A program made the position numbers and the translations under genes. DNA of 64,000 nt, taken from Candidatus Omnitrophota bacterium (lineage in GTDB: Bacteria; Omnitrophota; Gorgyraeia; Pluralincolimonadales; Pluralincolimonadaceae). Positions 16,595 through 26,351 of this stretch are shown here, piece by piece. The stretch's first letter is position 1; each line of letters begins with the position of its first letter. The notes below the pieces were generated by a model. It worked only from the letters and a program-made list of their open reading frames with translations. It did not search any database and was not told where the DNA came from. The stretch spans positions 68,236 to 132,235 of the forward strand of contig JAQUPL010000004.1 in the NCBI GenBank assembly GCA_028716565.1, given 5' to 3'.

Positions 16595-19517
16595 TTAATA
16601 CTCTCTCCGCCGCTATCAGGACATCTTCAGGCGCAATGCGCTCCATACAGCCCTTATCGGCGCAATCATTCTCATAGCAAGGCCGTTTACAACCGGCGTA
16701 TTTCCTTACGATCGCAAATTTACCGCTCTCGGCGTAAGGCCGGAACTTATGGACGTCCGACGGTCCGAACAAAGCCACCATGGGCGTGCCTATGGCCGCG
16801 GCGATATGCATGACCCCGGTATCATTTGTGATGAAAAGGTCGAACCTTTTAAGGATGGCGGCAAATTGTTTTAAATTAAATTCACCGGCGCCGGGCGTAA
16901 AAATTATCTTTGCCCCGTATCTTAATTTTAATTCTTTTGCCAGAATATCCCAATTTTCATCCGGCCAGCGCCTGCTCGGCCTTTTAGCGTCTTTATGGAG
17001 CCCGAACAACAGGTCCCCATCGGAAATATCACGCGACTTAAGGTAATCATGGGCGAAATCTATCTCATCTTTTTCAAGCGGTATCTCCGTGCCTTTCCCG
17101 TCCGCCTTGCCGCCTAAAAATCTCGGGATGTCCAGCATCGACTCAACCGTATGCCTTTTTTGCCGGCCGCTTTCAAAAATTTTACGATTTAAGAAGAAGC
17201 CTAATCCCCCGGTATTTCGTCCGACCTTATATTTTCCTCCCACAAACCAGAAAATAGATGCCATTTTAATGGTGCCGAGAAGCGAACCTATCTCGTAAAG
17301 GTTGATCAGCATATCGTATTTGACTTTCCTTAAGCTTATCAACAACCTTAAGGCATCTTTTATATTCGGTTTTTCCGCATCTAAGGTCAAGATCTCGTTC
17401 ACATCCAAGCTGCCCCTGAGGATGCCGGCGGAACGGGGGACCGTAAGAAATGAGATAAAGGCCGACGGAAATCTCTTTCTCAATGCCCTCAAGGCAGGGG
17501 TCGACATCACAACGTCTCCTATGCCCGCTAAGTTTATGACAAGGATCTTTTTGACGTCCTTAAAACCGTCCTTTACAGGCTCGGGGAAACGCCTCCCCGC
17601 GGTTGAGGCGATCTCTTCAACCGCCATATCCATATCTTTATTTAGCCGGCAATCCTTGTCTATATATATCCTGTGCCACATCTCCAGATTCATAAGCGCC
17701 CAGATCCTGTCGGTGAAATTCCGTTTCCCGGAGTAATGCTGATCCAGGATCTGGCGGATATATTCGTAATTGAAATAGCCGCGCTTCTCGATCTGCCGCC
17801 TGGACAAGAGATCTTCTGCCATGCCTTTCAGGTCCTGTTTTATCCATCTGCCTATGGGGATCATAAAACCTTGTTTTCGCCGGGCCAGGATCTCCCGGGG
17901 CAGCAGATCCCTGAAGGACTTCTTTAACAGGTATTTTAATTTAAGCCCTTTGAGTTTTAATCCGTAAGGGATCGAGGCGGCAAACTCCATCACTTTGTGG
18001 TCGCAATATGGCACTCGCAATTCCAGCGAATTCGCCATGCTCATTTTATCAGCCATAAAGAGCAGATCGTCGGCGAGATAGGTTTTTATATCAAAACAAA
18101 AGATCCTTTCCATCGATCTGTCCCCGCCGAAATAATCCGACTTATCCTTAACCGGGTCGGCATCCTTCAATTTTGCGATAAAACCTGCCGTGTAGAGTTT
18201 GTTCATCTCGTCCGGCCGCAGGAAAGTCACCCAATCGAGATACCTCGCTTCAAAAGACAGGAGCCCGCCCCTGGCGAACCTCCGCGCCCAGCCAAAAAGA
18301 TCCCTGTTCTGTGTGCTCTCGGGAAACAGGGATGCCGCTTTATACGCCGCCTTTCTAATAATGTCCGGCAGGCGTTGATAATATTCGGAAATATAAGCGC
18401 CTAAATACCTGGGATATCCCCCAAAGGCCTCATCTCCGCCGATGCCGCTTAAGGCGACCGTTATGTCTTTCCTCGCTAATTGTGAAATTAAAAAAGTGGG
18501 GATCGCGGATGAATCCGCGAATGGCTCATCGAAATGCCAGGCAAGTTTCGGCAGGAGCCCGATCTCATTCGGCTCGACAATAAACTCCCTATGCTCCGTG
18601 CCGAAGCATTCACTGACCAGGCGGGCATATTTCAGCTCGTTATAATCTTCATCTTTTCTTCCGTATCCGATACTAAAAGTCTTTATCGGTTGATTTGTCA
18701 GGCCCGCCATAACGCTTACTAAAACGCTCGAATCCACTCCTCCGCTTAAAAAGACCCCCAAAGGCACATCGCTTATTAAATGTAACTTTACCGCCTCTTG
18801 CAATAGATCATATATCTTGTCGAGATAAAAGATCTCGTTTTTCTCTTCATTTACGTTCGGTTCCAAGTCCCAATATTTTTCTGTCGAATAATTGCCGTTC
18901 CTGAACCTTAAGATATGCCCTGCCGGCAACTTAAAAACAGAATTAAAAATAGTCAAAGGCGCCGGCACATAAAGAAAGATCAAGAAATTATGTATCGCCT
19001 CATGATTTATCTCTTTCTTGATCACATCTGCCTCCAATAAGGCCTTGAGTTCTGAGGCAAAATACAAAACTCCGTCAACAGATGTATAATAAAGCGGTTT
19101 TATCCCGATCCTGTCCCTCGCCAAAAATAAGTTCTTATTTTTTTTATCCCAGATAGCGAAGGCGAACATCCCTCTTAAATGCTTTACGCAATCCTCGCCG
19201 TATTCCTCATAGAGGTGTACGATCACCTCGCCGTCTGTCTTTGTATAAAATTTATGCCCCTTCGCCTCAAGGGAATACCGTAACTCTTGAAAATTATATA
19301 TCTCGCCGTTATAAACGAGCCAAAGCGCCTGATCCTCATCGTGTATCGGCTGTTGCCCGCATTCTAATCCGATTATCTTTAATCTTCGCACGCCCAATGA
19401 GACATTATCATCCAAATAGGCGCCGCTTTCATCGGGGCCGCGATAAAATGTGGCCGCGCCCATGCGCTCCAAAAGCGAAGGATCCCGGATCCCTATCGCG
19501 CCGTAGATTCCGCACAT
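16548..19517 (-). CDS. Fusion protein: N-terminal glutamine-hydrolysing asparagine-synthetase-family amidotransferase (about 640 aa) joined to a C-terminal GT9 heptosyltransferase-like glycosyltransferase (about 340 aa)
   Basis: The MCGIYGA Ntn-glutaminase start and the SGGVDSS PP-loop define the AsnB part. A continuous ORF then runs into KKILVINLAGIGDVVMSTPALRALRKRFP, the GT9 N-terminal signature. Confidence 0.8.
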   Translation of the reverse strand: MCGIYGAIGIRDPSLLERMGAATFYRGPDESGAYLDDNVSLGVRRLKIIGLECGQQPIHDEDQALWLVYNGEIYNFQELRYSLEAKGHKFYTKTDGEVIVHLYEEYGEDCVKHLRGMFAFAIWDKKNKNLFLARDRIGIKPLYYTSVDGVLYFASELKALLEADVIKKEINHEAIHNFLIFLYVPAPLTIFNSVFKLPAGHILRFRNGNYSTEKYWDLEPNVNEEKNEIFYLDKIYDLLQEAVKLHLISDVPLGVFLSGGVDSSVLVSVMAGLTNQPIKTFSIGYGRKDEDYNELKYARLVSECFGTEHREFIVEPNEIGLLPKLAWHFDEPFADSSAIPTFLISQLARKDITVALSGIGGDEAFGGYPRYLGAYISEYYQRLPDIIRKAAYKAASLFPESTQNRDLFGWARRFARGGLLSFEARYLDWVTFLRPDEMNKLYTAGFIAKLKDADPVKDKSDYFGGDRSMERIFCFDIKTYLADDLLFMADKMSMANSLELRVPYCDHKVMEFAASIPYGLKLKGLKLKYLLKKSFRDLLPREILARRKQGFMIPIGRWIKQDLKGMAEDLLSRRQIEKRGYFNYEYIRQILDQHYSGKRNFTDRIWALMNLEMWHRIYIDKDCRLNKDMDMAVEEIASTAGRRFPEPVKDGFKDVKKILVINLAGIGDVVMSTPALRALRKRFPSAFISFLTVPRSAGILRGSLDVNEILTLDAEKPNIKDALRLLISLRKVKYDMLINLYEIGSLLGTIKMASIFWFVGGKYKVGRNTGGLGFFLNRKIFESGRQKRHTVESMLDIPRFLGGKADGKGTEIPLEKDEIDFAHDYLKSRDISDGDLLFGLHKDAKRPSRRWPDENWDILAKELKLRYGAKIIFTPGAGEFNLKQFAAILKRFDLFITNDTGVMHIAAAIGTPMVALFGPSDVHKFRPYAESGKFAIVRKYAGCKRPCYENDCADKGCMERIAPEDVLIAAERVLNEKKIKSPSCNYALR

Positions 19518-20539
19518 TTATTCTTCACCAAAATTTTCATCTGCCTGTCAACCGCATCTAACATCTCCTCTACTGTAATTAATTCCATACATTCGTGCGT
19601 CTTGCAAAAACCTTTTTCGCATGGGCTGCAAGGCAGGTCCTTCCGCAGGACAATGTGATTTTCTCCGACAGGGCGCCACCGCCAGGGTAAAGTCGGCCCC
19701 ATAGTCGATACCGTGGGCACCCCTAATGCGCAGGCGATATGCAAAGGGCCGGAATTATTACAGACCAAAAGTTGGCACCGCTGGATCAGCGCCATTAAAT
19801 GCTCCAAAGAGATGTCTTTTACGACAATAGCTTTTACCTTCATCGATCCCGTGGCCCTTTCGACCAGATCCCTTTCTTCCGGCCCCCCGATAAGGACCAC
19901 CTTCGCAGGGTATCTTTTGATTATTTCATCGGAGAGTCCGGCGGCTCTCTCCGCCGGCCAGCGTTGCGATGGATAATACCCTCCAAGATGGATGCCGACT
20001 AAAATTTCGCCCTGATCAATGCCCTGCGATGATAAAAGATCCTTAACAAATGCCGAATCCTGCGGGGCGACATGAAGTTGAGGCTTCTCCCCGCCGGGCA
20101 CTATTCCCAGCTTTCTTATGACGTCCATATTATTTTCAACGAGATGTTTCTTCTCTTTGCCGTGTCCGGCCTTTATATTGAAAAATATGCCCCTGCCCGC
20201 GATATCGTAGCCTGCCCGATAAGGGGCCCCGCTCAAATAAGCCAATAAGGCGCTTTTATAATCCCAAGCCATGATCAGGTCGACGGCTAGATCGAACTTC
20301 CTATCCCGTAATCCCCCGATGAACTTAAGATCCCAAAAGGGCTTGCAGCCGATAACCTCATTTATGGCGGGATCGTTCATAAGTAAGTCCCTGTATTCCT
20401 CCTTGACCATCACCGCGATGTGCGCTTCCGGAAAAGATTTCCTCACCGCTTTGATCGCCGGCGTAGAAAGCGCTATATCTCCTATGCGGTCTAGCCGCAG
20501 GATCAAGATCTTTTTGATCCTATTTTTTTGCGTAAGCAA
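19493..20539 (-). CDS. GT9-family (heptosyltransferase-like) glycosyltransferase
   Basis: It reads KKILILRLDRIGDIALSTPAIKAVRKSFPEAHIAVM and is 348 aa. Confidence 0.8.
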   Translation of the reverse strand: MLTQKNRIKKILILRLDRIGDIALSTPAIKAVRKSFPEAHIAVMVKEEYRDLLMNDPAINEVIGCKPFWDLKFIGGLRDRKFDLAVDLIMAWDYKSALLAYLSGAPYRAGYDIAGRGIFFNIKAGHGKEKKHLVENNMDVIRKLGIVPGGEKPQLHVAPQDSAFVKDLLSSQGIDQGEILVGIHLGGYYPSQRWPAERAAGLSDEIIKRYPAKVVLIGGPEERDLVERATGSMKVKAIVVKDISLEHLMALIQRCQLLVCNNSGPLHIACALGVPTVSTMGPTLPWRWRPVGENHIVLRKDLPCSPCEKGFCKTHECMELITVEEMLDAVDRQMKILVKNKCAESTAR

Positions 20540-21356
20540 CGATAACCTCGTTTTTGCCTAACAAACCCCTGAATCGCATCAAAGGTTTCCTGATCATGGA
20601 CAAAAAAGGCAGATGCTTTACCAAATAACCTTTAACTCGGTATTTTTTCAGCATCCCGCCCAGGTCCGTCCCCGACGGCCTTTGTTCTAAATTTAAAACG
20701 GTAAATCCTGAATTTTCCAACAAGCGGGTTAATGTACGGCTCGAAAAGTTATAGAGGTGTTCGCGACGTAAAACATCATTTAATTTATCGGCCTTAAATT
20801 TAAAATAATAATCAATATTAGGGGTCTCAAGGGCTAATACGCCCCCTTTTTTCAACGCGCGATAAACTTTCTTCAGGGCCTCTGAGGGGCGCCGTAAATG
20901 TTCTATCACGTGCCACATCGTGATCACGTCGAAGGAGTCGCTCTCCAGATCCGCGTCCTCGATCGAGTCCGTAAGCACATCTACGCCGGCAGCCCGGGCC
21001 ATATCCGCCGACAACGGTGAAAATTCTATCCCGGATACTCGCCATTTCCTCTCTTTAGCCGATTGCAAAAAAAATCCGACGCCGCAGCCAATGTCTAATA
21101 GCCTGCCTTCGTCTTTAAATTTTTTTATCGCGTCCAATCGCTCTTTAAAGCGGCACTTATACAACCTCTCTTCTTCATAATGGCCCTTTAGATCCGAGTA
21201 ATAGTTGATATAGTATTCACTTAACCACGACTTATCCGGCCTCGGGTTCATATATACCAAGCCGCACCCCTGGCATTGGACGACATTAAATTTATCCGAG
21301 CTTACTATATTTTTCGTCCCGTTGATCCCGCATATATCGCAGTTGACTTCTTCCAT
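20520..21356 (-). CDS. Class I SAM-dependent methyltransferase with an N-terminal zinc ribbon
   Basis: CDICG...CQGCG forms the zinc ribbon and LDIGCGVGFF is MT motif I. Confidence 0.75.
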   Translation of the reverse strand: MEEVNCDICGINGTKNIVSSDKFNVVQCQGCGLVYMNPRPDKSWLSEYYINYYSDLKGHYEEERLYKCRFKERLDAIKKFKDEGRLLDIGCGVGFFLQSAKERKWRVSGIEFSPLSADMARAAGVDVLTDSIEDADLESDSFDVITMWHVIEHLRRPSEALKKVYRALKKGGVLALETPNIDYYFKFKADKLNDVLRREHLYNFSSRTLTRLLENSGFTVLNLEQRPSGTDLGGMLKKYRVKGYLVKHLPFLSMIRKPLMRFRGLLGKNEVIVAYAKK

Positions 21357-21366
21357 TATCTATACC

Positions 21367-23499
21367 TTATAATTTACCGCTCTTTTTAATCACCCACAAA
21401 AAATTAGCGCTTAAAAGGTCGTTAAGCAAGGGCGTAGCCGCCAAATATGGCCGTGTAATATCGACACGATACCTCTTAAAGATAAGGTTGTTCCTTCTTA
21501 ACAGGCCTTCAAACCTGAACCTGTCAATTAGACCGAAATGGAGCCTTGTGTTATCGTAAAGATAATTTTCCGCCCTGAACGCACGCAAAAGACGCCGCTT
21601 CAAATGTCCAAAAAACTCCCTTATCCCGTTGGGCGTATAGATTATCAGCGTTCCTCCGGTTTTTAGGACCCGGCGCGCTTCTTTAATCAACTTTTCCTTG
21701 TCGAAATGGGTTATATGTTCGATAAAATCAGCCGCCACGATTTTGTCAAAAAATCCGTCATCGAAAGGCAGGGCGCCGTTTGTGACGTCGCGGACCAGGA
21801 ATGTCGCCTTATCCTTAAAGTTATAACGGCTGGAAAGCCGGGCGGCGGCTTCTATCGATTTATTTGAATAGTCGACCCCCCAAGCCGCAGCTCCCGCCAG
21901 CGCTGAATGGTAAACAAGGGCGCCGGCCCCGCAGCCTAAATCCAATATCTTTTCGCCGGCGGCGGCGTTTAAACTTTGCAAGATCATCTCCAGCCTCTTC
22001 TTCCTTTCGGGATCCCTGGGATCATAATATTCGCCGATCAACGACTCCGGCGTCTGTATCGATATGCGCTCATCGTAATCTTTGCCGGTTACCGCCTTTT
22101 CCCTTATTTGCCTTTTGATGGTTTCGAGATCCCGGTATAAGCGGGACCCCTTTAAAATCTTTTTGGAGATCAGGAAAGTCGAAAAATTTTCTATCAAAAA
22201 ATTGTTCCTGTCCTTAAGGAAACTATCGGTTGACCGGAAGTTTATACTTCCTCCGGCAAGGTAATCCGCGAATTCATTCAACTGCTTCCGATGCTCCGGC
22301 TGGATTGCGAAAACATTCCGGTCGCCCCAAAGCGAATCCAAGAATAGATCCGCGTATTGTTTTATTGCGCCTATTTCATACCCTTGAAGCAATTCCCGGT
22401 AAATCCCTTCGATCTTTTTTATCTGATTCTTCAGATCGAATGATTCTTCGACCGTCTTTCTGCCGGCCTCTCCCAGGGTCGCGGATCTCGCTTTATCCCT
22501 TAACAGGCCTGATATCGTCTTAGCCAGCGTCTCCGGCTCACCGACAGGGATTAAAAACCCATTCACCCCGTCTTTGATTATCTCAGGTATCCCGCCGGCA
22601 TTAGTTGCGACAACCGGCACTTTCAATGCCATCGCTTCCACCACTACCCTTCCGAATCCCTCCCTCTCCGGGCAATGGACTAACAATGCCAGGGAATCCA
22701 ATATCCCGGCTATATCATCCCGGAATCCCAGGAAATAAACCGACGACGAGATCTTTAACCTATCCGCCAACCTGATCAATTCGCCTTTATATACGCCGCT
22801 GCCATGTTCTTCCCCTACGATCAAAAATTTAACCTGAGGTGATCTCCTGATCACTTTAGAAGCCGCTTCTAAAAAATATTTTTGGCCTTTTTTCGGGCTT
22901 AATTCTCCGACTATGCCGACTAAAGGATCATTTTCACCGAAGCCGAATTCGGCAACTGACTTGTTTTTCCTTTCGCCGGGTTTGAACTCTTCCAGATTTA
23001 TCCCGTTATATATGACCGTGACCTTATCTGAGCTTCCCCGCCAATTCGCGAATTTTTTGCCGACAGCCCTTGAATTCACGATTATCTTATGAGCGAAAGC
23101 ATACGCCGCCTTTTCGGCGACTCCCCCCGATTCCGGCACCCTTACATGCCAGACGAGAGGGATCTTGAGATACTTCGACACCGCGCCGCAATAGATCGCC
23201 GCCCTTAGGCCGTTTACGTGGATTAAGTCGATTTTGCGCTTTTTGACAAGCGCCGCCAATTTATTAAAAGTTAAAACCCAGGAGATGAAATTTATCGTCT
23301 TGAATGTGCCCATCGGCACGATTTCAACGGCGATCGAATGACTCCGGATCAAATCGACAAACTTGCCTTCCTCCGGGCAAACTATGACCGGATTGAAGCG
23401 CTCAAGATCTAACGACTTCGCCAGATCCATCAGGCTTCTCTGCCCGCCGCCTATCCAGTCGCCGAATATGTCTACATATAACACATTGAAGATTCTCAT
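21367..23499 (-). CDS. Bifunctional GT4 glycosyltransferase (N-terminal) and class I SAM methyltransferase (C-terminal)
   Basis: The GT-B domain is followed by ILDLGCGAGALVYHSALAG, MT motif I. The likely start is the ATG at 23497-23499 (MRIFNVLYV) with the RBS AAGGAAGAG. The tracked ORF extends to 23646. Confidence 0.75.
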   Translation of the reverse strand: MRIFNVLYVDIFGDWIGGGQRSLMDLAKSLDLERFNPVIVCPEEGKFVDLIRSHSIAVEIVPMGTFKTINFISWVLTFNKLAALVKKRKIDLIHVNGLRAAIYCGAVSKYLKIPLVWHVRVPESGGVAEKAAYAFAHKIIVNSRAVGKKFANWRGSSDKVTVIYNGINLEEFKPGERKNKSVAEFGFGENDPLVGIVGELSPKKGQKYFLEAASKVIRRSPQVKFLIVGEEHGSGVYKGELIRLADRLKISSSVYFLGFRDDIAGILDSLALLVHCPEREGFGRVVVEAMALKVPVVATNAGGIPEIIKDGVNGFLIPVGEPETLAKTISGLLRDKARSATLGEAGRKTVEESFDLKNQIKKIEGIYRELLQGYEIGAIKQYADLFLDSLWGDRNVFAIQPEHRKQLNEFADYLAGGSINFRSTDSFLKDRNNFLIENFSTFLISKKILKGSRLYRDLETIKRQIREKAVTGKDYDERISIQTPESLIGEYYDPRDPERKKRLEMILQSLNAAAGEKILDLGCGAGALVYHSALAGAAAWGVDYSNKSIEAAARLSSRYNFKDKATFLVRDVTNGALPFDDGFFDKIVAADFIEHITHFDKEKLIKEARRVLKTGGTLIIYTPNGIREFFGHLKRRLLRAFRAENYLYDNTRLHFGLIDRFRFEGLLRRNNLIFKRYRVDITRPYLAATPLLNDLLSANFLWVIKKSGKL

Positions 23500-24272
23500 C
23501 TCTTCCTTAGGTAAAAGATTATATTTTCCGACCAATTTTTTCCGAAAGGCAGGAGATCCAAGACCATATCGAAAAACAGGACAAATAAAAATAAAGCCCT
23601 GTGGGGATCGATTTGATGCCCCCCGAAAAGCAGGCTTCCCCTGCATATTTTCTCGATTTTAAACCCTTCGCGCCTAAAGACCCCGACCCAATCATTCAAG
23701 CCGGACACCGAAATATGCCCGGCATCCGAAGTATCCCCAAGTTGAGCTTTTGGGGATTTCAAAAACCATAAGGATCTCCTGACTTTCATCATCGGATTGG
23801 ACTCGTTCGGCGTGCTGATTACGGCCACCCCGTTATTTTTAAGGACCCTTTTTATTTCCTTGATCGCGTCCAACGGCCGGGTTAAATGCTCTATTACCTC
23901 GGAACAGATCGCTAAGTCGCATGAGGAATCTTTTAGTTCCAGTTTAGTTATATCCCCGACGCTGAATTCTACATTACCGTCTCCCCTGAAATCCTTCCGC
24001 GCCTCACAAAACTCTATCTTTTCGGCGTTTTTATCTACCCCGCTGAATGTTAAACCGTATTCGGCGCCGTATTTGGAGTTCAGGTAAAAGATATCGTCGC
24101 CCACGCCGCATCCCAGATCGAGGATATTTTTTATATTCCGGCTTCTTAATTCCCGGCGCACGATATCGCAAATCACCCTGTTCTTCTTCCACCAAAAATA
24201 GAGCCGCGAATAACTTAAGAAATCGGGGCTCTCTTTAGCCAATATCTCTTGTTTGCGCGAATTATCCGGCAT
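23496..24272 (-). CDS. Class I SAM-dependent methyltransferase
   Basis: It has ILDLGCGVGDDIFYL, MT motif I. The likely start MPDNSRKQ at 24272 overlaps the asnB-like stop. The tracked ORF extends to 24341. Confidence 0.7.
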   Translation of the reverse strand: MPDNSRKQEILAKESPDFLSYSRLYFWWKKNRVICDIVRRELRSRNIKNILDLGCGVGDDIFYLNSKYGAEYGLTFSGVDKNAEKIEFCEARKDFRGDGNVEFSVGDITKLELKDSSCDLAICSEVIEHLTRPLDAIKEIKRVLKNNGVAVISTPNESNPMMKVRRSLWFLKSPKAQLGDTSDAGHISVSGLNDWVGVFRREGFKIEKICRGSLLFGGHQIDPHRALFLFVLFFDMVLDLLPFGKNWSENIIFYLRKR

Positions 24273-26160
24273 AGTCTTTTTTCTCGATGAATATTTTATG
24301 CCATATCTCAAAATTCGTAAGCGCCCATAAGTGGCCGGCATAATTTACGCTTCCGTTCCGGTGGTCCGTCAGCATCTGCTTAATAAAACCCGTATTAAAA
24401 TATTCTCCGACCGCCGACTCTTTGCTTAACAGCGTCCGCTCGATAAAGCCGCTCAGGTCTTTGCCTATCCATTTCTTTAACGGGACCGAAAAACCCTGTT
24501 TTTTCCGGTTCAATATCTCCTCCGGCAACAATCCTTCCATGGCCTTCTTAAAGATATATTTTCCTTCTCCCCGTTTCAGCTTCAATCCGGCGGGGATCGT
24601 TGCGGTAAACTCCAAAAATTTATGGTCTAAAAAAGGCGAACGCACTTCGAGCGAATTAGCCATCGAGGCGATATCCATCTTTACCAATAGATCTCCCGGA
24701 AGGTAATTTTTGATATCCACGTAGAGATGCTTGTCCAATACGCCCAGGTCCCCGGCGCCTTTGAGGCATTCGAGCAATAGACCATACTCGCGTTCTTTCC
24801 TCGATCCTTTTTTTAGCCTTTCATTATAAAGTTGCGATTTTAATTCCTCGTTAAAATATGATACCCATTCTCCGTATCGTTGAACGGGATCCAACCTGCC
24901 GTACTTCATCGCTTTTTTAAGGCGCCTTAACAGGACGGACCTGCTCCTCGCAAAACCCATCGCTTTAAATAAGGAGTCGTTTAAGGCGAATAAAAACCTC
25001 GGAAAGGCGTTAAACGGCGCGAAATAAGAATGGATGTTGTACCAGCCGTAGCCGGCAAAATTCTCGTCCCCGCCATCGCCGGAGAGCGCGACGGTCACGA
25101 ACTCCCTCGACAATTTTGCCAAATAAAAAGTCGGGATACAAGATGCGTCCGCAAACGGCTCGCCGTAATGCGAGATCAATTCCGGCAGGATCTCCGCCGC
25201 TTCAGGTTTTACGATAAATTCGCGGTGCTCTGTATTAAAGCGTTTTGCGATAAGGCGGGCGTATTCTAATTCGGAAAAATCGGCCTCTTCAAAACCAGCC
25301 GAAAAGGTCTTGACCGGGCCGCCTGAAAGCTGTGATGCCAAAGCGGTGACCGCGCTTGAATCTACCCCGCCGCTTAAAAGGACCCCCAGGGGCACATCGC
25401 TTACCAGGCGGATCTTTACTGCCTCCCTTAAGCGCTCCATGATCCGTTCTTCCCATTCGGCCTCCGTGAAATCACCCTTGGGCGTAAATTTCAGATCCCA
25501 GTATTCGTTTATGGTCATCTTCCCGTCTTCCCAGACCAGGATGCTGGCAGGAGGAAGTTTCCTTATTCCCTGAAAGATGGTCTTGGGGGCCGGAATATAC
25601 TTATAGGTAAGGTAGAGATCCAAAGCCTCCGGATCCATGCGAGGGGACGTTCCGGAAACGGCCAGTATCGACTTGATCTCGGAGCCGAAGACCATCCTCC
25701 CGTTTTCCAAACGATAACACAAAGGTTTCTTCCCGACCCTGTCCCTTGCTAGGGTCAGTTTATCCCGTCTCTCATCCCAGATCGCAAAAGCGTACATCCC
25801 GCGAAGATGCTGCACGCAATTTTCGCCGTATTCTTCGTATAAATGGACCAATACCTCGGTATCCGACTTCGTGTAAAACTTATGCCCCTTTCCCTCTAAC
25901 CCGTCCCTTAAATCCCGGAAATTATAGATCTCGCCGTTCATAACAACCCATATCTTTTTATCTTCATTATGGACCGGCTGATGCCCGGTAACCAGATCTA
26001 TGACGCTTAAGCGCCTTATTCCCAGGCCGATCCTTCCGTTTGAATATAAGCCCTCGTCATCCGGTCCGCGATGCCTCAATTCATCGCACATCCTTTTGAT
26101 CGAGTTTGGATCGACAGATCCGGACTTATTGAAATCTAAGATCCCGCATATGCCGCACAT
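24262..26160 (-). CDS. Asparagine-synthetase-family (glutamine-hydrolysing) amidotransferase of the EPS/exosortase-locus type
   Basis: It has the MCGICGILD N-terminal nucleophile and the SGGVDSS motif. It is 632 aa. Confidence 0.85.
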   Translation of the reverse strand: MCGICGILDFNKSGSVDPNSIKRMCDELRHRGPDDEGLYSNGRIGLGIRRLSVIDLVTGHQPVHNEDKKIWVVMNGEIYNFRDLRDGLEGKGHKFYTKSDTEVLVHLYEEYGENCVQHLRGMYAFAIWDERRDKLTLARDRVGKKPLCYRLENGRMVFGSEIKSILAVSGTSPRMDPEALDLYLTYKYIPAPKTIFQGIRKLPPASILVWEDGKMTINEYWDLKFTPKGDFTEAEWEERIMERLREAVKIRLVSDVPLGVLLSGGVDSSAVTALASQLSGGPVKTFSAGFEEADFSELEYARLIAKRFNTEHREFIVKPEAAEILPELISHYGEPFADASCIPTFYLAKLSREFVTVALSGDGGDENFAGYGWYNIHSYFAPFNAFPRFLFALNDSLFKAMGFARSRSVLLRRLKKAMKYGRLDPVQRYGEWVSYFNEELKSQLYNERLKKGSRKEREYGLLLECLKGAGDLGVLDKHLYVDIKNYLPGDLLVKMDIASMANSLEVRSPFLDHKFLEFTATIPAGLKLKRGEGKYIFKKAMEGLLPEEILNRKKQGFSVPLKKWIGKDLSGFIERTLLSKESAVGEYFNTGFIKQMLTDHRNGSVNYAGHLWALTNFEIWHKIFIEKKDYAG

Positions 26161-26351
26161 GGCTTATTTATTTAAACTTTCGGTAATCAGAATTACGGAT
26201 GGGGGCCAATAGAATACTCCTTAGGTGATGATTATATCACAGGCGGTATCCGTATTCTAGGGCTTTGGCCTGACGGCCGATGGGCAAATTTCCTTGATTT
26301 TCATCTTCCCCATACTATAAAATGTAACCTGTTACTGCATGGAGTTACTTT

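Noticed and set aside
16548-26160. A lasso-peptide cluster hypothesis, with AsnB homologs as lasso cyclase and the PqqD-like protein as RRE
   Set aside because: Both AsnB homologs keep the N-terminal Cys glutaminase domain typical of EPS amidotransferases. They lie more than 20 kb from pqqD, among glycosyltransferases. There is no transglutaminase-like leader peptidase and no lasso-type precursor.
26161-26351. Short inverted repeats (AGAATAC...GTATTCT and GTGAT-n6-ATCAC) in the divergent asnB / B12-rSAM promoter region
   Set aside because: They are short and AT-rich, and could be chance. There is no associated regulator gene. They are noted only as possible sites.
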